Positions 8,951 to 19,755 are shown, counted from the stretch's first letter. The stretch is DNA of 64,000 bases from a bacterium (GCA_963662285.2 CAXXMV010000006.1:1472001-1536000), one strand, 5' to 3'. Made by a program: numbers and translations. The notes: generated by a model from the letters alone, not told the origin.

Positions 8951-11900
8951 TTGAACACTCTTTTATTTGATAATGATATATATATGAAAAAGTTCTTGTT
9001 TAATACTGTTTTGCAGTTATATTCGTCGATTTCTTATCGAATGGTCTGTCTATTTATTCTCGCATTGTTTTATTCTACACTGGTTTTCGGCGAATCAGTT
9101 TGGGTATCACGGTTATTCAAACCCTTCGATGGGCTTGCTTATCAAGTAGTTCGCGACATGGTTCAGACTCCCGATGGATCGATTTGGTTTGCCACATGGG
9201 GAGGAGGACTTTCCCGTTTCAATGGCTCTAAATGGGAAACAATTAATGAAGAGAAAGATTTATCAGATTATATGATCCGCAGTCTTGCCTGCGATCTTCA
9301 AGGTGGATTATGGGTCGGCAGTATAAAGGGTATTAAATATTATGATGGTCTGCAATGGAAACAGTATTCCACCCAAACTGTACCGGATTTGAAAATGGAC
9401 TCAGTGTTTACTATACTCCCACGAAAAAACGGTGAGATATGGTTCGGGATGGATAACGGGTTTCTCTATTCATATAATTCCCTGGAAACTGCCTCTAAAG
9501 AATGGACTCTTGTTAATAATCCTGAGTTTTTCCAAAACAAAGCCATCCGCTGTTTGATTGAACTGGATGATGGATCGATCTTGGCGGGAGGAAATAGAAT
9601 CTATCAATTCAATGGGCGGGAATGGAATGATCATTCTTTAGGTCAAGATATTCGTTATTTATATAAAATGAAAAATGGTCGAATTATGGCCGCAGGACTT
9701 AAAGCGCTCTTCCAGTTTGATGGAGAGCGATGGGAAATAGTAGAAGATGCAGCTGTTCAACCACGTAGTATTTTTGAAACCCACGATAGTTCCATCATGG
9801 TTGGTACGAAAATGGGTGTGCGTTTGTATCAACACAATGCTTGGAGCGATTTTAAACTATCCAATGACTTCGCTCAACCATATGTGGAAATGATTCGCTC
9901 TTTTGAAGATGGCTCGATATGGATAGGTACAAGAAATGGAGTCTATTTAGTTCAGCGATCAGATTGGGCAATATTCACGCCGCCACCATCAGAATATATT
10001 TTTAAAGCGAAGCGTTTTTTTTCATCTCCACAAATTTCTCCGAGAATAATCACGCAAAAAGGTGAAATCATAAGCCCAATAGAAGATGACTGGATAAACC
10101 TTGGGACTTTTAAGAAAAACAATGATGAAATTATTGAAATCCTGCATTATGATAAGGATCGACTGACGATTCATACGAGAAATGCTTTTATTGAATACAC
10201 TGCCAACGATCTTTCAATCATACGCTCAGTTCCAATACCTGATTCTTTGAATCAATTAAATGGATATCAAACTGTTGATGGAGTATTCTGGTTATATGGT
10301 GCGGAAGGACTATTCTATTGTACTGGATTGGGCTGGAAGCCTTATGAACGGAACAATCATCAGCCAAACGAGAGAGTAAGATTATTCAAGGAAACACGGG
10401 ATGGAACAAGATGGATAGTTTTTCATGATGGTATAGAAGTGATAGGTAAAGAATATCCTTTTTTAGATATATTTAAAACGCCGCGTAATATTGGCCATGC
10501 CGTAACTGATATTTGCGTTGACCGTGATGGTTCCATCTGGTTTGGGACTAGTGGATTGGGTATTTTCGTTTATGACGGTATGGATTTTAAGAATTATAAC
10601 AGTCGCAGAGAACTTCCCAGTGACTGGATATTATGCCTGTATGAAGATTCCGGGGGCGCTATATGGGCGGGGATGGATGATTCTACCGTTGCTTCTTTCC
10701 GGGACCACAGATGGATCACTTTTTCAAAAAAAGAGATCGAATTGGAATCCCGGATAACTAAAATTACTGAAGATTCGAGCGGCGCGGTTTGGTTTGTAGT
10801 AGAACCCGCAGGTTTGGTGCGATACACTCCATCAACCTATGCCCCCGAAACCATGATTGATGTTTTTCCCAAAGATATTGTTCCGCAAGGAATGGGCATT
10901 TTTTCATTTCATGGATGGGATGCGTTGCATATGACGCTTCCAAATGAGTTGGCTTTTTCTTGGCGAATATTAGATCATCAAAGCGGGAATGATATCGTTC
11001 CATGGTCGCCATATGAAAAGAAGAATACGGTCAGTTCTCCTCCCTTGAATCCCGGAGAGTATGTATTCGAAGTGCGGGCGGCCGATAAGGAAAGAAATTT
11101 TGATCCCACTCCCGCATCCGTGCGGTTTTTTGTTGAACCGTATTTTTATATGAAAACCGGTTTCTGGATTCCATTACTTGTTTTAATTATCCTTGTATTG
11201 GTTTCATTACTCATCGTTTACCGGAAACACCGGGCATTACGGGAAAGTGAAAAATGGCTTTCTCATGCTCAGAAAATCGCCCACATTGGTCATTGGATCG
11301 CAGATTTTTCTCAAAACAAACTGTTTGGATCAGATGAGGCTTATAGAATATTAGGAACCGCAAGGGAGAGTGTTAAAGGTTCGTACCAATCCTATCTGCA
11401 TTTCGTTCATCCTGAAGATAGGAAATACGTACAGCAAACTATTCGTACGGCATTAACAGAAAAACAAACGTTCAAATTCGATCACCGTATTATTTTAGCG
11501 GAAGGCTTATTATGTACGGTTCAGATACAATCCAATATCGTGACCAACGATTCCGGCCAACCAATTCGTATGGTGGGCACTATCCAGGATATAACTGATA
11601 AAAGACGCGCTGAAGAAGACGCTCAAAGAATTCAAAAACTCGAAGCGATCAGAGTCTTAGCTGGCGGAATCGCGCATGATTTCAATAACCTTCTGATGGC
11701 GATTCTCGGGAACATTTCATTAGTCAAACGTTCTCTTGATCCCCAGAGTGTTGCTTATAAACGATTGCTCGTATCGGAAAAGGCCAGTCATAAAGCTCAT
11801 GATTTAACCATGAAACTGATATCTTTTGGTGAGGCGAGCAAGCCAATCAAGAAATTGTGTTCTCTGGACACAATAGTGAAACGTTCATCACTCCTCGCGA

Positions 11901-12361
11901 TTAATGAATCCAATACTCGTTTGGAGTTTGACATACAGGATCATCTCGATGCGGTTGAAGTTGATGACCGGCAAATCGACCGGGTAATCAAGAATGTTAT
12001 AGATAATGCCAGTCAATCCATGCCGGACGGGGGGCTTATAAATATTTGTATCAAGAATATTGAAATTCATGATGAATCGATGATTGATTTATCCAAAGGA
12101 CATTACCTTGTAGTCACTATCGAAGATCATGGTTGCGGAATTCCTTCAGAACATCTATCCAAGATATTCGATCCCTATTTTACCACTAGGGATAACGTGA
12201 CTCAGAAAGGTATGGGTTTGGGCTTGGCAATCAGCTTTTCAATAATCAAACAACATAAGGGGCATATCATAGTGGAATCCGAACCGGGCATTGGATCGAA
12301 ATTTCATATCTATCTACCCGCTTATGAAGGACATCATGCCAATTCTGATAATATTGATTAG
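8951..12361 (+). CDS. Sensor histidine kinase: periplasmic beta-propeller (Reg_prop/Y_Y_Y-like), TM, PAS, HisKA, HATPase
   Basis: Repeated D..G.IW.GT blades, GEYVFEVRA, TM helix, VHPEDR PAS, AGGIAHDFNN H-box, DHGCGI, FDPYFTT, GMGLGL. The ATG at 8984 is a possible start. Confidence 0.9.
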   Translation: MNTLLFDNDIYMKKFLFNTVLQLYSSISYRMVCLFILALFYSTLVFGESVWVSRLFKPFDGLAYQVVRDMVQTPDGSIWFATWGGGLSRFNGSKWETINEEKDLSDYMIRSLACDLQGGLWVGSIKGIKYYDGLQWKQYSTQTVPDLKMDSVFTILPRKNGEIWFGMDNGFLYSYNSLETASKEWTLVNNPEFFQNKAIRCLIELDDGSILAGGNRIYQFNGREWNDHSLGQDIRYLYKMKNGRIMAAGLKALFQFDGERWEIVEDAAVQPRSIFETHDSSIMVGTKMGVRLYQHNAWSDFKLSNDFAQPYVEMIRSFEDGSIWIGTRNGVYLVQRSDWAIFTPPPSEYIFKAKRFFSSPQISPRIITQKGEIISPIEDDWINLGTFKKNNDEIIEILHYDKDRLTIHTRNAFIEYTANDLSIIRSVPIPDSLNQLNGYQTVDGVFWLYGAEGLFYCTGLGWKPYERNNHQPNERVRLFKETRDGTRWIVFHDGIEVIGKEYPFLDIFKTPRNIGHAVTDICVDRDGSIWFGTSGLGIFVYDGMDFKNYNSRRELPSDWILCLYEDSGGAIWAGMDDSTVASFRDHRWITFSKKEIELESRITKITEDSSGAVWFVVEPAGLVRYTPSTYAPETMIDVFPKDIVPQGMGIFSFHGWDALHMTLPNELAFSWRILDHQSGNDIVPWSPYEKKNTVSSPPLNPGEYVFEVRAADKERNFDPTPASVRFFVEPYFYMKTGFWIPLLVLIILVLVSLLIVYRKHRALRESEKWLSHAQKIAHIGHWIADFSQNKLFGSDEAYRILGTARESVKGSYQSYLHFVHPEDRKYVQQTIRTALTEKQTFKFDHRIILAEGLLCTVQIQSNIVTNDSGQPIRMVGTIQDITDKRRAEEDAQRIQKLEAIRVLAGGIAHDFNNLLMAILGNISLVKRSLDPQSVAYKRLLVSEKASHKAHDLTMKLISFGEASKPIKKLCSLDTIVKRSSLLAINESNTRLEFDIQDHLDAVEVDDRQIDRVIKNVIDNASQSMPDGGLINICIKNIEIHDESMIDLSKGHYLVVTIEDHGCGIPSEHLSKIFDPYFTTRDNVTQKGMGLGLAISFSIIKQHKGHIIVESEPGIGSKFHIYLPAYEGHHANSDNID

Positions 12362-12386
12362 AACTAATAATTCTATAATTATTAGC

Positions 12387-12414
12387 AATCCCCGGCAATA
12401 AATCACCGGGGATT
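12387..12414. terminator. Hairpin between convergent genes
   Basis: AATCCCCGG-loop-CCGGGGATT. Confidence 0.6.
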
Positions 12415-12446
12415 ACTTTATTACGAATAGTTACGAAAAGGTTTGA

Positions 12447-14771
12447 TTAAAATCCTGGAGGACCTCTCATGAATCCTCTTGGTGGTCTGGCGTTTTGATT
12501 AATACCTCCAGTTATTTCACTATTATCGAGATCATTACTTTGATTGGCGTCCCAATTCTTGAACCAATCCGCCCATAATGATTTGAAATCAGATTGAGTT
12601 ATATTGCCGTCATCATCCGCTTTTTCCATAAAAGGCGCCACCAAGAGCATTCCTGGAGAAAAACCTTCTGGAGGACCGAATGGCATGTCTTCTGGAGCGT
12701 GAAAGATTTGCCCTAAACCATCTGAAATCTCTTTTTCATTTAGAATTTTGCTATTGTCCTTATCCCATTCAGTAGACCATTGAACAACCTTGTTATCCCA
12801 TTCGGATTGAGGAATTTTGCCATCTTTATCAATATCAAGTACATCAAGGAGTTGTGGGCCTAAAAACATACCCGGACCAAAACCGCCGGGACCGCCGGGA
12901 CCGCCGGGGCCGCCGGGGCCGCCAGGACCGCCTCTACCACCAGGGCCGCCTCGCGTGAGTTTGACTCCTTCAGATTCTCCATCCAACTGTTGTTGGATGG
13001 ATAGACGACGTCCTTCGATCCAGGAAACAATAGAAAAACTTGAGCGTATTCCCCCTGGTCCTCTTCCTCCGGGGCCTCTTCCAAAATCTGGTCTTCCTTC
13101 TCTACGGACTTCTCTGTTCTGATCTGCCCCTGGTCTATTTCCGGGAGAAAATGGATTATCTATCTCTCGCGTTATATCAATGGGTTCATCAGAGATTGCT
13201 TTAACGTATTGATCGAATTGCGAGTTCGGTTCTTCTTTTACTGTATCTTGAATGACCTTATTTATGGCGTCAATTTTGTCTCTGATGCGTTCCGGTTGGA
13301 AAATTGTTTTATTGAACTCGCGGATATATCCCAAATATTTTTCTTTCCACTGAGGTATAGCCAGTATGCGTTCAATAAGAATCTGATTAGTCGCTACAGG
13401 TTGATCTATGTTCGCTTGCATTTGATTAATGTAAGATCCAACCATGGGGAACGTGCCGAATGAATGATTCAAATCCCAAGGTATCCATAGGTATTTTTGA
13501 CTATTGGGATCGCCATAGATGTAAAAATTCTGTCCCATCGAGAGAATTCCATCGTAATTGGAGGTAACCACATATACCGATAGAAAACGCAGGAATTGAT
13601 TTACATCGGTATATTTTTCGATCTGTCCTGTGAATTCTTCATCGCTCGATTCATTGACGAATTTGGTGAAATCCATAAACCGTTTGGCTTCTTTCCAGGT
13701 AACATCATCCGATTTTGGCATGTATTGTCGTACATAATTATCCCAGTTTTCGCCCAGGTATGGAAAATCTTGAAGATGTTGCGCTTTGACTAATAGACCT
13801 TTTTTTTGATCAAAATTACGTTTCAGAAAGTCTGAATCGACTTGTTCAATCATGGTATATAAACCAAGATATTCAGGTTCGTTGCGTCCTTCCACATTCA
13901 AATAAATCTTAGCCAATGCTGTTCTGGGCGCCGCTATCTGGAAATCCCTGAACATTTCATAAGCCAATGTATCGATCATGTGAGATGGAGTCATCATATT
14001 GTTATTCAGATTTAATTTTTTGATGCCAAAAAATTTCTGGTTTTTTGAGAATCTATTAAAATCAACTTTGAATGATTTCTTGGGGCTATTACGCGCCATC
14101 ATAAATGTTGAATGCCCCTTAAACCGTAGACCAACATTCTTGATGGTTTGTCCTTCAAATACAAAATCTGCTTTAACGTATGTAAAATTCGTTCCTCCCA
14201 TACCAGGTCCCGGGCCTCTCATTCCTCCTTCTCGGCGGTTTGGACGTTGATCTTGTGTATCAGGTCGGTCGTTAGAATCTCGTATGTTTTGATCCGGTCG
14301 TGGAGGACGTTGATCTTGCGCATCAGGTCGAACGTTAGTATCGCGCATGTTTTGATCCGGCCGGGGAGGACGTTGATCTTGTGCATCAGGTCGAACGTTA
14401 GTATCTCGCATGTTTTGATCCGGTCGTGGAGGACGTTGATCTTGTGCATCAGGTCGAACGTTAGTATCTCGTATGTTTTGATCCGGTCGTGGAGGACGAT
14501 TATCTCCATCATTCATTGGCGGACGATTGCCCATAGGAGGTCCACCGGGGAATCCACCGGAATTTTCCGGTTCGATTTTTTCCCATTGTTCAGCGGAAAC
14601 CTTTAATTGTATGGTCCATAGTTTCGTCATGCCGAATAATTCATCTGATGATTTATCACCCAGCGATTTTGATTCAGCAATTTCTGGATAATAGACGCAC
14701 GCCAATAGAAGAATTATTAAAGTACAGCAAATTGTGAAATACTTAGATGTCATCTTGTATTTTCCTCTCAA
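12447..14771 (-). CDS. CotH-kinase family secreted protein with Pro/Arg repeats, GGP repeats and EF-hand-like C-terminus
   Basis: VGLRFKGHST, K.SFKVDF, LNLNN, YLGLY..IEQVD, NFYIY, WIPWDLN. DIDKDGKI and DANQSNDLD EF-hand-like loops. Confidence 0.88.
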   Translation of the reverse strand: MRGKYKMTSKYFTICCTLIILLLACVYYPEIAESKSLGDKSSDELFGMTKLWTIQLKVSAEQWEKIEPENSGGFPGGPPMGNRPPMNDGDNRPPRPDQNIRDTNVRPDAQDQRPPRPDQNMRDTNVRPDAQDQRPPRPDQNMRDTNVRPDAQDQRPPRPDQNIRDSNDRPDTQDQRPNRREGGMRGPGPGMGGTNFTYVKADFVFEGQTIKNVGLRFKGHSTFMMARNSPKKSFKVDFNRFSKNQKFFGIKKLNLNNNMMTPSHMIDTLAYEMFRDFQIAAPRTALAKIYLNVEGRNEPEYLGLYTMIEQVDSDFLKRNFDQKKGLLVKAQHLQDFPYLGENWDNYVRQYMPKSDDVTWKEAKRFMDFTKFVNESSDEEFTGQIEKYTDVNQFLRFLSVYVVTSNYDGILSMGQNFYIYGDPNSQKYLWIPWDLNHSFGTFPMVGSYINQMQANIDQPVATNQILIERILAIPQWKEKYLGYIREFNKTIFQPERIRDKIDAINKVIQDTVKEEPNSQFDQYVKAISDEPIDITREIDNPFSPGNRPGADQNREVRREGRPDFGRGPGGRGPGGIRSSFSIVSWIEGRRLSIQQQLDGESEGVKLTRGGPGGRGGPGGPGGPGGPGGPGGFGPGMFLGPQLLDVLDIDKDGKIPQSEWDNKVVQWSTEWDKDNSKILNEKEISDGLGQIFHAPEDMPFGPPEGFSPGMLLVAPFMEKADDDGNITQSDFKSLWADWFKNWDANQSNDLDNSEITGGINQNARPPRGFMRGPPGF
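14240..14500 (-). repeat. Intragenic 63-bp tandem repeat, about 4 copies (RPPRPDQNxRDTNVRPDAQDQ)
   Basis: GATCCGG anchors at 14291, 14354, 14417 and 14480. Confidence 0.9.
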
Positions 14772-14816
14772 TAATTAACTTTTATTTTCAGGATTTTTTT
14801 TACAAATATGTTAATT

Positions 14817-14832
14817 TGCAAGAATGAGGCCA
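14817..14832 (-). promoter_or_regulatory. Putative sigma54 (-24/-12) promoter for the CotH gene
   Basis: Minus strand TGGCCTCATTCTTGCA gives GG-N10-GC and matches TGGCAC-N5-TTGCW at 9 of 11 positions, about 45 bp upstream of the start. Confidence 0.6.
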
Positions 14833-14951
14833 ATAATTATTTATCCATGAGTATAAGTTGATGCATAGCAAAAAACGCTGGATTGTTTTATTGATTTGTG
14901 GTTTATGAGAAATTAAAGTATTTTTACGAGGAAAATTGTTAATACATAAAT

Positions 14952-15000
14952 TGAGCAAAATTAGCACATTAGCGCAGGTTGTTTGCGCAATTATTGCTCA
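14952..15000. promoter_or_regulatory. Two 17-bp palindromes, candidate enhancer-binding-protein sites
   Basis: TGAGCA-AAATT-AGCACA (14952-14968) and TGCGCA-ATTAT-TGCTCA (14984-15000), centres 32 bp apart. Confidence 0.55.
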
Positions 15001-15036
15001 AGGGATGAAAGGTAATATGAATGCCATTCAAGTTAT

Positions 15037-15786
15037 TTATGTATTTTGAGGATTTGGTATAAGGCGTGTTACGTAAGGCGTTTGATATAAATCATATCCA
15101 TCATCTAGATGATTTTTAGGTTTCACTTTCTTTTTGGGGGATTGAATCAATTTCACTCCACGAACCACTATTACCAGGTCTTGATAATCATTATCCCCGG
15201 TGAATTCCCAACATATTACATACCAATTCTGTTTGATGCCGGATTTTGTTTTATAAGGATATATCCGGGCTTTATGGATATGGCCATCAAAACGCGTGAT
15301 GGGTTTATTCCTCTTATCCTGGGTATAAACAGTCTCTTTTTTTACTGAAAAAGTAGGATTAAATGCGGCGCTTTGCACGAAAAATCCGAAGGGACTTGGT
15401 GGCGGAACAAACCGGTATGGCCCTCGCGGCGTTGCCGGGAGACCTGAAATCCGGCTTTGACCATCAACCTCCGATCCACTTTCGAATAATGTATGAAGGC
15501 GGGTGGGAGCGCCTAAAGAATAATAACCAAACCTGATTTTTGCAGTTTCTGGTTCTTGGGTAGATGAATATTTTGCTGCAAGAACAATTTCTACTTTTGG
15601 TTCAACTTTTATAAATAATCCTTGTAAAGAGGCGCTATTTTTAATGTAATCGATCTGGTTTAACATAAATCCAAGATCATCCAGAACTTTTTTTACTGGC
15701 GGTTCGTTATTTTGCGCAAAACAGACGCTCGAAATAAGCGCCAATATAACTATACTGATTAGGCGCGTCATAAAAATACTCCTCAT
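15037..15786 (-). CDS. Secreted hypothetical protein with DUF4114-like motif
   Basis: Signal peptide. FGYY, FGFF and WE...GDNDYQDLVIVV resemble DUF4114. Confidence 0.6.
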   Translation of the reverse strand: MRSIFMTRLISIVILALISSVCFAQNNEPPVKKVLDDLGFMLNQIDYIKNSASLQGLFIKVEPKVEIVLAAKYSSTQEPETAKIRFGYYSLGAPTRLHTLFESGSEVDGQSRISGLPATPRGPYRFVPPPSPFGFFVQSAAFNPTFSVKKETVYTQDKRNKPITRFDGHIHKARIYPYKTKSGIKQNWYVICWEFTGDNDYQDLVIVVRGVKLIQSPKKKVKPKNHLDDGYDLYQTPYVTRLIPNPQNT

Positions 15787-15919
15787 TTACTTTTACTATG
15801 GGAATTATCACAAACTGATTGTAATACTGATAACATTTTCATTCATCCCCCTTCAATCAGGGACTGGTTTTTGTTCAAATAAAAGCCTCTATTTTTTATC
15901 TCTGATAGGAGTTGCACCC

Positions 15920-17017
15920 ATGAGTAACATTTCACTATCCAGAAGGTCCTTCGTGACAAAGTCAGTTGCTGGAGCCGTTTTGGCGTCGAGCGTCGCAACC
16001 AATAGTCTGGCCGATTCCACCGAAGTGGTGGATGCTAAAAAAACAGACGATTCCAAAGGTTCCCAGAGGCTCAGTCTGGATCAATTAAAAAAGTGGGAAG
16101 CTCTGCAATATGGCATGTTTATCCATTTCGGTATGAGTACCTTTGTTTCTAACGAACTTCCAACAGGTAATGATGATCCTATAGTATACGCCCCGGATCG
16201 GCTGGACGTCGATCAGTGGGTCAGCGTCGCACGGGATTCTGGGATGAAATACGCTGTATTAACTACTAAGCATGTTGCCGGTCATTGCCTGTGGCCTAGT
16301 AAACAAACTCACTACTCGGTTGCAGCCAGCGGCAATAAAACGGATGTTGTAGAAGAATTCGTCAAAGCATGTGAACGCCGGGGAGTGCTGCCGGGATTCT
16401 ATTATTGCTCATGGGATAATCATCACCGGTTTGGCAGCGTTACCTATTCTGATGCCCGGAATCAACCCGAAAACGAAAAACAAAAAATAATTCCATACAC
16501 TACTTCTTTATATCAATCCTTTCAAACCGCCCAAATTACTGAACTTCTCACCCAATATGGCTCAATCGCTGAGGTGTGGATTGATATTCCCGGCGTCTTA
16601 GGACGCGGTTACAGGCAATTTCTTTATAATCATATTGCCGAGTTACAGCCCGAATCCATCATTATGATGAATAGCGGTATAGGAACCGGGGAAAATTATA
16701 GAGTAGATTACGCCTGGCCGTCTGATTTGATCGCCATTGAAAGAAAAATGCCTCCAGAAGCCGGTCATCAACCCTGGCGAACCATTGAAGGCAAAAGATA
16801 TTACATGCCAGGTGAAATATGCGATCCCATTGGTAAAGAATGGTTTTACGTTGATGGAGACGTCCCTCGCGCTGATGAAGACCTTAAGAATCTATTTGAT
16901 ATATCCATACAGCGCGGCGTAAATCTGCTGCTGGATGTTCCACCAGACAAGCATGGCGTTATTCCCAAAGATAACGTTGAAGCCTTAAAGCGTTTACGGC
17001 GTAATGTGAAAATTTAG
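15920..17017 (+). CDS. Alpha-L-fucosidase (GH29), Tat-exported
   Basis: SRRSFV Tat signal, YGMFIHFG, LTTKHVAGHCLW, EVWID, NLLLDVPPD..G.I. Confidence 0.9.
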   Translation: MSNISLSRRSFVTKSVAGAVLASSVATNSLADSTEVVDAKKTDDSKGSQRLSLDQLKKWEALQYGMFIHFGMSTFVSNELPTGNDDPIVYAPDRLDVDQWVSVARDSGMKYAVLTTKHVAGHCLWPSKQTHYSVAASGNKTDVVEEFVKACERRGVLPGFYYCSWDNHHRFGSVTYSDARNQPENEKQKIIPYTTSLYQSFQTAQITELLTQYGSIAEVWIDIPGVLGRGYRQFLYNHIAELQPESIIMMNSGIGTGENYRVDYAWPSDLIAIERKMPPEAGHQPWRTIEGKRYYMPGEICDPIGKEWFYVDGDVPRADEDLKNLFDISIQRGVNLLLDVPPDKHGVIPKDNVEALKRLRRNVKI

Positions 17018-17024
17018 TATTATA

Positions 17025-17786
17025 TTATTCAGGAATTAATCCTGGATTAACGCCCAACACCCATTCACGCTTGAAACGGTCAATAAACGCTTCATCAAAT
17101 GCTGTATGTCCTTCTATTGAGCGTGCTTTCCAATGCTTCTGTAGGTCTATGGTTAAGTATTGTTTCAGGTAGGGGATTGATAATTCAGAATAACTCCAAT
17201 GCCATGGTTCATACGCATATCCCGTGCGTAGCGGATCATTGGTGTAAACCTCTTCAAATCCAAAAGATGCACCATTTTTTTTAAGCCACTGGTAAAGATC
17301 ATGGTAAATCCCCCCTTGAAGATAATGCTCGGTTAATAGTGGATCAGACGGACGGGGTTTGGAATTATCTATGATGTCCAAATCAGTTCCCCAATGATGA
17401 CGTGATGTTCCGGGGATGCTGGAATATCTAATAATATTCTGGATGATTTTTTGAGGCGGTATTTTTTTCTTCAGCAGTGCTCTATATTTACTGTTCCATA
17501 TATTTTTCTGACGTTCGAAACTCCGGTAACTTGATAAAGAATAAAGTTCGATTCCGTCTTTTTTGGCGGCGAAGATCATTTTTTGAAAAGCTTCGGCTGC
17601 TGGTTTTCTTAAATTGAATCCCTTACCAAACAGGGAGGGCTGTTGTATACCCAGTAGTTCCAGATCGGATATAGAGTGATGAGTAGCCTTGGCATTGCTA
17701 TAAGATTTGATGGGATGAAGCGCCGGGCATAGTACAGCGCCGCAAAAATAACCAGTAGTATTTGAAATAAATTGCCTGCGTTCCAT
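17025..17786 (-). CDS. M15-family D-Ala-D-Ala carboxypeptidase (VanY/LdcB-like)
   Basis: SSYRSFERQ, PGTSRHHWGTDLD, YEPWHW, and an RRQF Tat-like N-terminus. Confidence 0.9.
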   Translation of the reverse strand: MERRQFISNTTGYFCGAVLCPALHPIKSYSNAKATHHSISDLELLGIQQPSLFGKGFNLRKPAAEAFQKMIFAAKKDGIELYSLSSYRSFERQKNIWNSKYRALLKKKIPPQKIIQNIIRYSSIPGTSRHHWGTDLDIIDNSKPRPSDPLLTEHYLQGGIYHDLYQWLKKNGASFGFEEVYTNDPLRTGYAYEPWHWSYSELSIPYLKQYLTIDLQKHWKARSIEGHTAFDEAFIDRFKREWVLGVNPGLIPE

Positions 17787-17820
17787 TATCTATCCTTATC
17801 TTTTGATATCTATGCAATAA

Positions 17821-17865
17821 AAAAAATCAGACTATTCGGCGCTTAACCAAACAGTCTGATTTTAT
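17821..17865 (-). terminator. Terminator after the ferredoxin gene
   Basis: AAAATCAGACT-loop-AGTCTGATTTT, with a U-tract on the minus strand. Confidence 0.55.
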
Positions 17866-17906
17866 TTAACCTATAAAGTAGTAACGTGAATAATTAAGTG
17901 ATTTAA

Positions 17907-18137
17907 TTATCCATCATTACCGACAGATTCTGTAGGGCAACCTTCGATAGCGGCTTCCAGTTGTTCTATCTCTTCTGGAGTCGTTGGTTGTTTGGTTATA
18001 TAGCAGTGGTCGCCATCATCGCTTTCAGCGATGTTATCGGGAGCTTCGTCCAAGCATACCATGCAATAAGTGCAGCTCTTATCGATGTAATATTTGCCTG
18101 GTGCATTGTCTTCAAAACGATCATTCTTATCAGCCAT
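17907..18137 (-). CDS. Single-cluster ferredoxin
   Basis: CTYCMVC...KQP...GCPTESVG. Confidence 0.9.
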   Translation of the reverse strand: MADKNDRFEDNAPGKYYIDKSCTYCMVCLDEAPDNIAESDDGDHCYITKQPTTPEEIEQLEAAIEGCPTESVGNDG

Positions 18138-18379
18138 TATAGTAAACCTCGCAATTAATGTTTATCGAATGAAATAATCACTCGATGCAAATTGAACCTC
18201 TAAAAAACAAGTGTATTTTTTTTCACTCAGCCGTCAAGCGTTAAGAAACAGATTAAAGGTTTTGAATTAACCCTTTTCTAATTACTGAGTATTGTAGTAA
18301 TATGTTTATTGATGATTTCAAATAGTATTTTGATATCTTCGGGGGAATAAAAAATTCACCGTCAAATAAGAGAGGAAAC

Positions 18380-19693
18380 ATGAGAATGGAAAATATTTTA
18401 TCGTCTCGACGTAATTTTATGAAAAAAACCGGTTTGGGAGTTACTGCCGGTTTGGCAGCTGCAAATTACCAGGCTCTTTCAGCTTTTGGAAGTAACGACA
18501 AACTCAATCTCGCCATCATCGGCATCGGCGGTCGTGGAAGCCACCTGTTGAGATGGGCCAAGAAAAAAGAAGGCGTTCAGTTTGTCGCCGTTTGCGATGT
18601 TTATGTCAAACGCCGTAAAAACGCCGCCAGAGCCGCTGATCTTGATCCTGAAAATGAACAGGATTGCACCGGCGATTATATGGAAGTTTTGAAACGTAAG
18701 GATGTAGACGCTGTAATTATCGCTACTCCTGACCATTGGCATGCCCGCATCGCTCTCGACGCCATGAAGCAAGGTAAAGACGTCTATCTTGAAAAACCAA
18801 TGACCAAAACCGTCGAAGAAGCCGTCGAAATTTGGAAAATGGTTAAGCAAACTGGACGCGTTCTTCAGGTTGGCAGTCAGACCACATCCAGCGACCAATG
18901 GTGGCAAGCCAAAAAAGCCATGCAAGAAGGCATGATCGGTAAACTGATCATGAGCCAAGGCTCATATCATAGAAATTCCATTGAAGGTGAATGGAACTGG
19001 AGCATTGATCCTGATGCAGGCCCCAAGGCTTCTGGCGACAATTACGTTGATTGGGAAACATGGTTGGGATCAACAACCAAACGCGACTGGGACCCTGATA
19101 GATTCTTCCGTTTCAGAAAGTTCTGGGATTATTCCGGCGGCATCGCTACAGACCTTTTCTACCACGTCATGGCGCCATTGAATATCTGCTGGCCCGAACC
19201 GCAATTCCCATACAAAGTTATGGCCAGCGGCGGTACATACATCTTCAAAGATTCACGTGAAGTGCCTGATACTTTTGCGTTAATGGCTGAATATCCCGGC
19301 GAGCATCAGGTTGTTCTAAGTTCAAGTATGGCCAACAGTACTCACATTCCCGGGCTGATCCGCGGCCATGAAGGAACTATCATGATGGTTCCTCACGGCC
19401 AGTTTGAAGGACATGTTGACCACATTACAGTTACTGCTGAAAAGAAATTTGAGAAGAAATTTGTTGATAAATTCGGCAAAAATGAAATCCAGTTTGCTTG
19501 TGAAAAACGCGAAGATCACATGGATAACTTCCTGGGCTGCGTAAAATCACGCAAGGCTCCTGTTTTGAATGCTGAAACAGCGCTCAAAGCCATGGTTACT
19601 ATCGCCATGTCAGTTGAATCATATCAAAAAGGGAAAATTCTCTACTTCGATGAAAAGAACTTGCGTGTTCTCGAGAGTCCTCCCAAAGCGTAA
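18380..19693 (+). CDS. Gfo/Idh/MocA-family oxidoreductase, Tat-exported
   Basis: [27 protein letters not shown]. Confidence 0.92.
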   Translation: MRMENILSSRRNFMKKTGLGVTAGLAAANYQALSAFGSNDKLNLAIIGIGGRGSHLLRWAKKKEGVQFVAVCDVYVKRRKNAARAADLDPENEQDCTGDYMEVLKRKDVDAVIIATPDHWHARIALDAMKQGKDVYLEKPMTKTVEEAVEIWKMVKQTGRVLQVGSQTTSSDQWWQAKKAMQEGMIGKLIMSQGSYHRNSIEGEWNWSIDPDAGPKASGDNYVDWETWLGSTTKRDWDPDRFFRFRKFWDYSGGIATDLFYHVMAPLNICWPEPQFPYKVMASGGTYIFKDSREVPDTFALMAEYPGEHQVVLSSSMANSTHIPGLIRGHEGTIMMVPHGQFEGHVDHITVTAEKKFEKKFVDKFGKNEIQFACEKREDHMDNFLGCVKSRKAPVLNAETALKAMVTIAMSVESYQKGKILYFDEKNLRVLESPPKA

Positions 19694-19719
19694 ATCAAAG
19701 ACATAACCTTAATACAATC

Positions 19720-19755
19720 AGGGTCTGATGGATTTATTTCCGTCAGACCCTTTTA
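19720..19755 (+). terminator. Intrinsic terminator
   Basis: AGGGTCTGATGGA-loop-TCCGTCAGACCCT followed by TTT. Confidence 0.7.

Noticed and set aside
14240-14500. CRISPR-like periodicity
   Set aside because: It is an in-frame 63-bp coding tandem repeat inside the CotH gene, with no variable spacers.
17025-17786. vanY vancomycin-resistance gene
   Set aside because: It is a generic M15 carboxypeptidase with no van cluster genes nearby.
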